Shown in pieces: positions 44,772-56,700 of a stretch of 64,000 bases of DNA. How positions within the stretch are numbered: position 1 is the first letter of the stretch; each line of letters begins with the position of its first letter. Source of the DNA: a virus (lineage: Duplodnaviria; Caudoviricetes); the IMG/VR virus record IMGVR_UViG_3300002220_000740, positions 1-64,000 of that record. One strand, given 5' to 3'. A model generated the notes under the pieces. It had not been told where the DNA came from, did not search any database, and was given only the letters and a program-made list of their open reading frames with translations. A program made the position numbers and the translations under genes.

Positions 44772-47700
44772 TTAACAGTATATTTCTATTTGTCCTTCAC
44801 TCATCATCTTTACGAATGCTGTGCGCTCTTCGTTGCTAAAATCAGCGTAGTCAGGGAAATACTTTTCGAAGTTGTTCAGTATCTCCATGGCAGCCGCATC
44901 TACAGAGTCTTTACTCTCCTCGGCATGCTTGTTAACCTCCTGAACGGTGGTTACCTTGTTGTTCTTACGATCTTCGGCTTCCTTGAGCCTGCGCTCACGG
45001 ATGCTTGCTTCCAGCGACGCCTGGTATGCATCCGACCGGCGCTGATTGGTTGCCTTGGAGTAGAATGCATCCGTTGACTCTACGGCTTCCGGAGCCACGG
45101 TCAGTTCATTGATCTTATTAATAAGAATCTGGTGCGCAGCTGCTGCGTAAGGATCATTACGGAACCCGCGGAACAGACGTACCAGCTTGTTCCAGATAGC
45201 TTTCCACCAGCTCTGGATCTTGGCATCGGTGTACTCACCGACCATGTATTTTGCAATGAGTTTGCCAACCGCCTCTTTCCGTAATTTCATATCATCTGCG
45301 TTATACACCTTTGCGTAATCGCTCTCAACCACATCCCGGTACTCCTTGTACCCGGTAATATCCCTCATCATCTTCTGATAGACAGGATTATCCGCCCCCA
45401 GCAGCTCGACGTACCAATGCGCGGCTTCCTCCGGGAGTTCAGCTATGCCTATCTTGCCTTCGACGAACTTAACCGTACGGGTTGCCAGGTCAGCCACTGC
45501 GATGTAATCGGTGGACATTCCCTTCTCGTCCAGGATCTGCATGACCGGTTCCAGCGGGATACCCAGACCGGCTAAGAATGTTTTGACAGCCGTGTTTAAT
45601 TCGGAATCTGATTCCCGATTATCACTGCGGTGAAGGGCGTACTGGGGAGCGTACTTAAACTCCTCCTCAATATCGGTTTTAGCTGCAGGTTTGACAATTT
45701 TCGGCATTCCACCATTTGACGCCAGGACGGATCCGTGCTCTTCAGCGTAGAATTCCTTCAGATAAATACCTTCACCCTTGCCATCCGAAACCGCCCGATA
45801 GATAAAGTAGGTGTTGAAGCCATACTTCTCAGGGACCGGGTCTTTCTTGTAGATCACGATCTTGCGGGGAACCGGCTTACCAGCTTTCTGCAAAGCAGCT
45901 TTGGTCGTCAAGTCAACTGCATCAACCTCGTAGGTCAGGTAGTCAAAGGCTGTTAAAGTGGAAGTGGTAGCGATCTTGCCATAGTGGTAATGCTTGTTGC
46001 GGTAGATCTCCTCGGGCACACTATCGGACATCTGGTAGAAGTTCATCCGCGGGACGATCCTCTTGTCACGGTAGTTCACCATCAAAAAAGAGTTGAACAC
46101 ATGGTCCTTCTCTGCTGCCCATGCTGCCTGGCTCATGCCGGCAACCTCAGACTGGTACTTGGCGATGATAGCCCGGAAGATTGGCTGTATAAGAGTATTG
46201 GGGATGATGTCCGTAAAGTTCAACGGTGTCCTGGTGAACCCGTTTTGAACGATAGCCAGCTCGGCAAGATCAACAGCGAACTGCTTGACCGCCGGGTCCT
46301 GACTGTCAAAGAGCTCATTGAACCCGTTGACCAACTGGTTTACCTCCTGTGCAGTGTACTTGCGCATGAACAGCTTGATGTTTTCGGTCTCAGTGCGCTC
46401 GTCGCGGCGTCCCAGCTTGGCGTTGAAGATCTCGTACAACTCCTTCATCAGGTAGTTGTCTCCGACCTGTGCACGCATGCCAGGCATCCGGGATGCTACT
46501 GAGCTTTCTCCCATTACAAGTCGCTCGTACTCCTCATTCAGAGGACGCGGGAAGAAAGGCTCAGCCGACAGCTCGGTGCGAGTGTGGATGATGTAATTTA
46601 CAAAGTCATTCTCGAAACGGTCCAGAACGTACTCAACGTCCATTCCAAACTGATCGTCATAGACCTTGATGACATGGTCAACCAGCTCACTCATTGCTCC
46701 GTTGCCGGTAAGGAAGAAGCTGCCGTAAAGATTGGTGTTGTTCTCCCATGCATCATGGAAAGGCTTCAGCTCAGTGTCATTGAGGAACCTGTCAATATCT
46801 TCGGTTGCAAAGAACCCTACTTTGCGAACCTGCTGCAGTTTATGCCGGTGGTACACGGCACCACCCATGGTCTTGGGATAGCTACCGTCGGGACGGGTCA
46901 CCTGATGGAACGCATCCAGCTGCTTGCCGAACTCACGGTACACCAGGAACTGATCGAGTATCCCGATGCCAAGCGTATCCTTCAGTTGTTTTACATTCAA
47001 CATAGGATAGTCCAGCGCTGCCTTAAGTTCGTTAATCTCTGTAAGCAACGTCTCACGCTTCTTTGAACCCTTGACCGCGTTGTAGTAGTCCCGATAAAGC
47101 TTAGCCAGAGAGTTCTCATACTTGGGTCCGTTACCAAACTCCTTGGAGAGCGCGTTGTAAATCTTCTCGATGCTCTCATCCATCTCGACCGACATGTCCT
47201 CACGGTTCTTGGCTGTTTTCATCAGCATCGAACGTGACTTCTCGTACTCAGTCATGAACCTGGTGATGATAGGCTGGGTCATGAATGCGGAGATTGTCTC
47301 CATGTCCACCGGAGCGGTTACGGAAAATCTGTTAAGGAATGAGAACACGGGGAACCCGACCTTGTTGGCATTCAGGAAGAAGACGAACGGCTTCTTGGCT
47401 ACGTCAACATAGGCTGAAAGAAACTCGGCAAAGTTCTCGGAGATAGTCCTACCACTCTTATCCGTTATATGTCCCATGGTAATGCTTTCGCCTTCAGGGA
47501 TCTCCTGACCTTCAAACCAAAACTGCACTGCAGGATCTTCAATCCGGACCGGTGCACGCTGGGAGATCGCATGACTCACGTTGTGGATAGCGGCAAGGGA
47601 TATCATTTCCCTACCAGCCCAGAACGCCCGGGATATTTTCATGTTGGTGCTCCAGAGGACCAGCTCAGTAGCGGTATACGCTGTCTGCTTGTCAGCCCCA

Positions 47701-50700
47701 CCGTATTTGTCGGCATATGCCTCAAGGGTTGCCGCGGTGTTAGGAGTGATCAGCAGCCTGAAATTCTGCGGAATGAGCAGCAGCTCCATGGATACCTCGT
47801 TCAGCCTGTTCTCCAGTGCTTTGGAGGACTGCTCCCCGGTGGTAACCTTTGAGTTCATCTCGATGTACCGAGGAGTAGCTCCCTTCATCTCATAGTTGGG
47901 AAGATAGCAGGTGAGTTTGTCAACATCAAAGTCAGATCCTGACTTGACCACGATAGCCGCCGGAAGAACGATCCGGGAACCAGCGTAGAACGGAAGGAAT
48001 TTCTTCACGCGGAACACCTCCAGGGAATTGAGACCCTGAGACGGTATGCGGTTGGCGCTGAACTCCAGCAGACGGGGATCTATGCCGGCTTGCCTGTACT
48101 TGCGTGCGGCTATCAGCGCGTTGAAGGCATCCAGACCGCCTGCCTGTTCAACCAGAGGGATCCAGTCCTTGGGAAGCGAGATCATGACCTCTGCCTTAGA
48201 GATGCGCCTCATTCCCTTTTTATACTGGTAAAATGCAAGTTCTTCATCATAACCGATAGAGCTCTCCTGGATCATCATATCCCCGTTTGTCTTCAAAGAG
48301 ATAACCCGGTTTCTCACAAGGGAGTTAAGTACCTGCTGGATCTTACCCTTTATGAAGAGTGTATCGAACAGGACCTGGTCGCTGCTTGTAACCACATCAA
48401 TACCGTCAATGGCATTATCAGGCATCAGCCTGCGTTCGAATTCAGCCTTAAGGAGCTTACGGAACTTAGCCACCGACTCGGCATTGGTAGTATCAAGTAT
48501 ATAGCCATCCTCTGTCTTTGTAAGTCCAAGCTCTGTTACCAACCTTGTCCATTGCCTTTGTGAAAGTTCAGTAGTAAGTGCTATCTGCTCATCTTTGAGA
48601 GTACCCACATAAGGTTTGTCATTCTCGTCTTTAACAGCCTGTCCAACACTGTATAGGTTGGTTGCCTCCAACTTACGTTTCTGAGTTGAATTGGTAACGT
48701 TGTCATGTACTTCAGGCTCTATGTCCTGCTGGATACCTATGTAATCATAAGACACCTCTGTGATCCGGCTCTCATCGGTGACCCGGGTCATGTTGCCCTC
48801 GCCGTCGTAGAAATCTTCCAGAACCAGTGTTTCCATCTTGGCTGCCGAACCGAACACGACCATGTCAGTATTCCTGTTAAGCATGCTCAAATAGTATATC
48901 AGCATCGGGCTGTTATCCTTCAGCATTGACGGGAAGATAGGAGCTACCGAAGTCTTAAGGTTAAACTTGGTGGTTATAAAGCTACCTTCGTCGTTTGCAA
49001 GGGGACCGTATCCCTGGGGTTTGAGAATGGGTATGATCCCAAGTTCGACATAGTTAATTGGTTTACCCTTATACATCGGTACTGAGGGAACCTCACCGTT
49101 TGTATGCTGAGCAAAGACCGTTGAAAATAAACCCTTAAGTTGATTTTCAGTTATGGCTTCAAGTTTACGAAGTCTAAGTGCCAGCAACTGGTGCTCCCAC
49201 TGGTATGTTTTCTCCTGAGCCTCTGACCAGGAGTTCTCCTGAAGCAGTATCTGGCGATGGAAATCAAGCGTACTCTTGCTCTGACCATCAGCAATGTCAA
49301 AGCCTACTTCGTATGCATTACCCTCACCGAGAACATCGTTGTAGTCCTTGGTACTCCTCATTGAGAGTGGGATAGAGCTGTCAGCAACAACGTGCATACG
49401 CACATTCTCACTGTAGGCACCGGACCACCGTGGGTGACTCTCCGAGAGAGCCGCCAGGTTATCGGGATCAACGCGCTGACCTTTCTTCGAAGATGAAGCC
49501 GCCTTGGCACGCTTGGGCACATCAGATGATTTGGCATAACCTGCGATGTCCCCGACAAATACCTGGGTCTGCTCGATAGCACCCTGCAGATAGCGGAATG
49601 CACCAAACTCAATGACCTTGCTCAGCTGGGACTCGTCCAACTCGGTAATCCGATTTCCGAGTATCTTTGCAATGGACTCCATGTTGATACCCACCGGCTG
49701 GAATTTACCAGACTGGGTCTCCACGATCACGCCCGCATCCAGAAGCATCTGCTTACTTGCAGCAGTCTCCTCCTTGAGCATAGTGTCAAAGAGTTGAGCC
49801 ACCTTAGCCCGGTTGGCTACAACAAACCCTTTTGCCATAGCCAGGAAAGAGCCGGCTATATCCTTACCAAACTCGGAGTTATCGGTAACCGTCTGCTTCT
49901 GGTAATATTCCTGGAGATCAGCATCGGTTATGAAATCACCGAAGTCAAATATGCGAAGCTTACCTCCGTTTTTGGAGAAGTTTTTAAGATCCTTTCCCAG
50001 CCCGTACTTATGAGCGAACACCGTGGCAACCTCATTGATCAGGTGCTGCGACAGTATTGCGTACATGCCCTTGCGGTCCAGACGATACATTGCATCGCGC
50101 TCTTCCTTGGTGAGCAGCATATCAAGCGCATACTCCATCGTTCTGTCACCAGCACGCATGAAGGGAAAGTACCCGTTCAGGATAGCCCCGAAGCTGGTAG
50201 TGATAAGGTCTGTGAAGTTCAGTGCAGCTGTAGACTCGTTGTCGCTGGTCTCGGTCTTGGTTGCACTCAGCAGCACCACCCTTGTCTTTCTTCCATCCAT
50301 TGCAGAATTAACAATGGTGTTTCCCACTGTAGAGATGTTCTTGCCACCTCTATCAGCCGGAATCAGCTCAGAGGGAATATTGTCTTCATTTAACAGGTCA
50401 ACGAGCTGGCTCACGTACGACCGGAGTGCGATGCTGTACTGGGTTTTGTTATCCGCGTTCAAAAACTGCAGATCCTGCACATCGGTAGATTGCTCTACTG
50501 CGATTTCAAGAACGTCAGTTATCTCCTTGTTGATTGCCATAACGTCTTTGCTGTAGAGATCATCCAGGGAAGTCTCTGCGGTAACGTCGTTAATTATCTT
50601 ATGTACAAGGGCTGACAGCTTGGCATTATCCACCAGTGGATTCTCCTTCTGGGTAACGTTCATTCCGAATGAACGAAGGAAGGAGAGGTTCTGCCCGGCG

Positions 50701-53700
50701 GTAAGTCCAACCTTAAGTTTGGCGTTTGACTTCAGCTGAGTGAGTGTATATGACTTCTCCTTGTCTAACGTTATGAGTTGTTCCAGGTCGATAATTAACT
50801 CATCCCTGGAATTGCGTTTAAAAGCCGATTTAGGCGTACCTGCCTCCTGGCGGACATTGTTTCTCCATTCGTTGCTGATCCTCTCAGAGATCGCTCCCAC
50901 GACAGCGTCAAGGAACACTATGTCCCCGCTGGATCTCAGGAATGTAATAATGGGTGTTTCCTTGGTCTTGCAGAACTGTACAAAGAAGGCTGTCTGAAGG
51001 GCACGCTGATCGGGGGTAGGAGTGTAGTTCTCGAACCATGAGCGCAGCCTGCTGATCAGCACACCTATCTCAGGATGATTCTGATTTTCAAGAGACTTAA
51101 GCTTCTGTACCATTCTCGGATAAGAGCTGATCCCTGCCAGGTTACTGTGAAGATAATTCACCATCTTGGTGTATTGCTCCATGCGGTAGTATGTGAACCC
51201 GTCCACCTGGGAGCCTCTGGGCACATAGTCGACGTCCTCACCTTGTACCAGCCTGTCGGATACCGGCAGACTCATGAGCAAAAGCTTGACGGGAGTGGGC
51301 ATGAGGAGCTTCACATCGGTAAGATGCGGATCGGCTATCCCCAGACTATCTTTGCTCTCTATCTTTGTTTCAGCAGTCTCCTCGACCTCGTCCACCTTTT
51401 CGGTGTTCTCGATCTTCTTGATAGGAGTAACCTCAATACCATTCTGATGAAGGAACTTGATGTGCTGAGCCTGAAGAGTATCCCAGTTGTTGAGCGTATG
51501 CTCCACCAGGTCATACTCATTGGCATTCTCCGCAGTACGTACCGTGCTGTTCTTATATTCGAGCATTGACAATGCAATGTTCGTATAGGTATCCTTCAGC
51601 TGATCAGGATTGGCAACCAGATCAGAGTAGTTTACGTCTTCGTTTCCGAAGACCGAGTCGAAGAACTCAAAGTGCAGGTTCTCCAGAAGAGCATTGGATG
51701 CTGCTTCTGAAAGACCCCCAAGCTTCTTCTTAAAGGTACCCTCAACCTTGCTCTTGCGATCCTTGCTCAGGTAGGGCTTTGCATCCAGCGTACTGAACGT
51801 ATCCTCGATCGAGGTGAACAGTCTGAGCTTTTGCATCAGCCTGGTAAGAAGTGAGACCAGTTTCTCAAACCAGTTCTGTTTCTGACGCTGACCCGTGCCG
51901 AACGTATAGCTGCCACCAGACAGTTTGTAAAGTCTGAACTCCTCAGCCAGGAACTCTTCAGCCTCGACATCTGTCATGGTGGTCTTCCCGGTGCGCATCC
52001 GGAGTTCATTATACAATTTATTGCGTTGTCTGGGAGTCATGAACGCCAGGGAGACAACGTGGTAAGCTTCGTGATACTGAGTACCCTCTGCAGCGCGGGG
52101 AGCGAGCAGGAGCTGCATGGAGTCAATCACCATGCCACCGGTGTTACCCTCAAGCGGAGTGATTGCCATGTCAAACTCAGGAAACAGTTCCTCCAGATAC
52201 TTCAGATCCATATCTACCAGAGGTTCGGATGACAAGTTGGTACGCATGCGCTTAGTGCTCGTACGCCTGCTCGGCACATTAACCCCGGGGTTAAGTATAG
52301 AGCGTAAGATGATCTTGAACAGGTCCTTGGTAGCCCCAGGATTTTGCTTGAGAGCAATCATAGCTCCGTCCATCATCTGCTGAGAGATTACCTTACCGGT
52401 CTCTGTCTGTATCTCCTGAACCGCGGCATCAATGTCCGCCTTGGAGAGAGTAGTCGCTGTTTGAGGCTTGGAGATCTCAACACGCAGGATATCGAACTTG
52501 GCATTATGCTCGCCAAAGGCTGCCTGTGCTTTTGCAAGCGATGGTTCAGGCACAGAGAACACTCTGTTCAGATTAGATTTAGCAGATGCCACTGCATCTT
52601 CGGCTCCTTCATAGGTAAACTTATTTGTCTGGTTATTCCAAGTAAGCTTGACGCCGTCAAAGTTACCCTTTGACCCGTCTTCCCTTGTTATGCTTAACAC
52701 ATAGGGAACACCATGTTCGAATATTCCAAATTTCTTAACAATGGGTTGTGGAGCGGGAGCTTCCACTGGCTTGGCTACGGGTTTAGCTGCGGGCTTATCC
52801 ATAACAGGCTCTGCAACCACTCTCTTGCCATAAGGCTTGAGACCAACCTTGCCACTGAGATACTGGGGAGTTTTTGCATTCTCCACCGGATCCTGGCTGA
52901 GCTTTGAACGTACCTTACAGGTCAGCTTGGCTGCACGGTCACCTTTAGTGCTGAACAGGAATGCCTTATATCCGCCCTGAGCTCTGTCCCATGTGATTAC
53001 TTCCACGCCATTTTCGGTGAATGCAAACTCCTTGAAATCCTCGTCTATCTTCAGCTCAGCGTACTTAACACCAAACCGTTTGTCAGAAAGGAACTCACGG
53101 AACGCAGCCATCTTTGGACCATTCTCAAGGATATCTTCGTAGGTAAGCTCTTCAGCTCCAAACTTGACATGGCGGAACTCGCCGGTTGTAAAGCCTGTGC
53201 TAACATCATACCTGTACTGCCCTTCCTTGGAATTGAAGGGGGTCATGATATTCAGGAATTGGACAATCTGCATACGATCCATTGCATTGATCTTACGCGT
53301 CTGCCCGTCCCGAGTAATCATCACATCTTCCTTCAGCGCCTTGAGCAGACCTATGTAGGTCTCGATCTCCTGGGCATTCATGTTACGGTAGTCCAGCTCT
53401 TCCAGCGTACCAGCCGTGGCATTCCATATATGTACCTTGCCCGATGTGAGCAGGAAATCCCTTCCCTCAATGTTGATAGGGTAGGTACCTTTACCCTTGC
53501 TGGTGTACTCCAGGCGTGCGGTCGGTATCTGCTCCTCGGTGATTATGGAACCTACAATATCATTGGTATTCTGTCCTGTAGGAAGTGCAACACGTTTGCC
53601 GGGATGCTTCACCGAGATGTAGTAAGTCTGGGACGTAGTCTTGTACGCTTCCCTGCGCTGCTTATGGGTGGCTATCGCCTGTTCCTTCTTCTCCTTTAAC

Positions 53701-56700
53701 AGCCTGTCCACCTCTTTGCGCACCTGCAGTTCTTCTTCTGAACCCTTAACAGGCTCGCGTCCACTCAGCAGTTTGGCTTTCACATCCTCCTTCAGAATAC
53801 TCTCAATGGTCTTAGTGCTGAACCTCTGAACTCCCCTGTCAGTTGCCCAACTGGCTGTCGGAAGCGAGTTCCATACCAGCCTGGAGTCCATGGTGTAGGG
53901 GACAAAGGATTCTTTTCCCTCACTGACGACCCGGGTTTGAACCACGAGTTTAATGTCTTCTTCTGCAGTTGCCTGCACTTCAGGCGTATGATATGCTAGT
54001 TCTTCTACAGTCAGGCTGAGCTTAAGTGACGGAACCCAGAACCTGAGCTGTTCTCTGATAGGATCGTTGACGAGTAATGCTTTGACCTGCCGAAGGGACA
54101 TTGTGGTCAGTACCTGTTCAGGCTTCTCAGATACTTTATAAGCATCCTGAAAAGCGAACCAGCGGAGAGCATCGTGTGCTTCTCCCTTTTTAACCGCACT
54201 GGCAGTAGGATCATTGATGACTGCAACCACGGCTTCAAGATTGCCTGTGGTTGTCTCAAACGAAGTATCATCAAAGAACGGTGTGTGAGGGTCTTTCTCA
54301 TCAAACACAATAGGAGCAGGACCTTCCTTCAGCACCTGCTGTATCCTCTTCAGTTTGGAGGTGATCATCGGGGCTTCCCCGGATTTGTCCAGCTGGTAAG
54401 AAATGGAACCATCAGGTCTGAGGAACACCCGGTGACCCGAGTCAACGTTCTCAAAGACCAGGCTGCCGCGGGAGCGTCCCGCGATCTTGTACTTATTGGT
54501 AAGTGGCTTCTTGCCCAGCTCCGGCTTATCCTCGTCAAGGAGCACCTCGTTAGTGACAACCTCACCCTTCTCGTCGAGCATGTCTATTTCCAGCTCATCA
54601 CTCTCGGTTCCGATCTTCTCCTCGTTGTTGACTATAGTCACACTCTTTCGTGTGTGGTTCTTGAGCAGAGCATCAATCTCCTCTGAGGACTGGTCTTCAG
54701 GTTTGGGAGCATTAGCCATGTCATCCTGGAGTTTGGTCTTCTTATCAACCTCAGCTTCAAACGTTGCCTGCTGCTGCTTCTTGTTATAGATCAGCTTCTG
54801 GTTCTTAATGGCTATGTCCCGGAGCTTCTTCATCCCCTCGATTTGCTTTTCGAGTTTGGCGTTTACACGCTCTAAATTCTCTGCGTTGATGGACTTGTTC
54901 TCAAGTATCTCCATCTCACGCTTGGCAATCTGAGTGTCAAAGAAGAACTCCCTGGATGCTTCTATAATAGCGTTGTTATGCAGCCTGTGGATGAACTGGT
55001 TGCGCATAGACTTCTCTTCAGCAGTCTTAGCGTCTATTTTGTAGAAGTCATTGTCGTACGTTGCAATTTTATCATACACCTTCTGCAGTTTGGCAGATCG
55101 CGATTTCCACTCACGTTTAAACTCCTCGATCTCCTTTCCACCTTCCAGCTGGGCAACCTGAGCTGCAATCGAAGGATCAAGCTCAGCGAGCTTTGCCTCC
55201 ATGGCTTCAAGTCCGCCTTCCTGGTGAAGGTAGGGAAGAGCAAACCGGGTGAGAACATCGTTTGCCATAGCATAATACTCATCTGCCCGTCCCTCTTTTG
55301 CATAATAATCCAGCATGTAAGAGGTCATCTCTTCGCCGAGATTGTTCTTGGCATTGTTGACAAACTTGTCATAGTTGGCAACCGGCATTCCCTCGACCAG
55401 TTTAAGAGAGCCATCCTCCTCGGTTTCATATGATGACATAAAAGCTGCAAGAGTACCCTCAAAGTTCTGGTTAAGAAGATCCGACAGGTTTGAGACGTTC
55501 CTGGTCTTGGCATGTTGTTCTCTGATACCACCGACCACACCGCCAACACCACCAAGGATTGAACCAAGCAGTACACTCTTCTGACCGTCTGTGGTGGTCA
55601 TCATTTCAGCATACTCATCCATCAATTCTCCGATCAGGTCGTCAGTGGCTACCTTAGTGCCTTTAGCCCGGTTAGTGAACAAGTTCGTAGTAGCTGTCTG
55701 CATACCTTCTTCAAAGAACCCTTCAGAAGCAATGGATGCCATAAGACGTTTCATCGCTATACCGCGGGTACCCTTTACGGCAACCCCGGCTTCCTTGGCG
55801 GCAGCCTGTCCAATGATATTCTGCGCTTCCTTTTTACCTATGCCAAATGCCCCGATGACATTCTTGTTCATCAGGTAGTTCGGTCCCATCAGCAGGACGG
55901 TGTTTGTCAGGAAAGCATTCTGTCCAGCAATACCGATTGCCTCTGTGGCATCCTTCTCAGTATAAACTCTGCCGGTTGCAGGATTGGTAAGTCCCTCGGC
56001 AATTGCCATACTGTAAAATTTCTTGAGATCCTGCACTACACCACCGGCTTCAGCTGCGGCTTCAAGTACAGTATTTGTAACGGTAGCCAGTCCAAGATCA
56101 ATCTTGGCTGCTGTTTTGGCTGTAGCTTTCAGCCCCCGTGCGATCTTTGTTCCAATACCAATGCTCTTAAGTGCAGCACCGGGCATAAGATATGCGGCAA
56201 GGAACCCAAGTCCGTCAGCAGCATCTGTAGCCCAGAACTCCGGGGAGATAAGCTGTCTCCAGACATTACCTTCCTCAACAACGCGTCTTGTATGAACAGG
56301 GAGCAAACTTTTAATACTCTCATCAACACTCTCCATTGCCTGAGTCCAGCCATTGTCAACCATCATGCCGATGTTGTCGGAATCAGCGCCATCTGCTATC
56401 CAGTTCGCTGCACCGCCAACGTAACCCGGCATCTTGGCAATCTCGGTGAGTGTTTTACCCAGGACCCGGGGAACAAACATTGCAAGCTTGGCTCCTTTGG
56501 TCTGTACCTGAGCTCTGCTCTCGTTCATGACCTCCGGGTCATTTATGAATGTACCGCCGGATTTGCCCAGGTATTTGCTGAACTCATCCAGGTCTACATT
56601 GTACTCATCAGATTGTACAGCAGGTCCTTCACCTTGCTTAAAATAAACCGGCGTATGAGCCGGTGTAGAAGAAGGAGTAGCAACTTCAGGATTCTTAGGC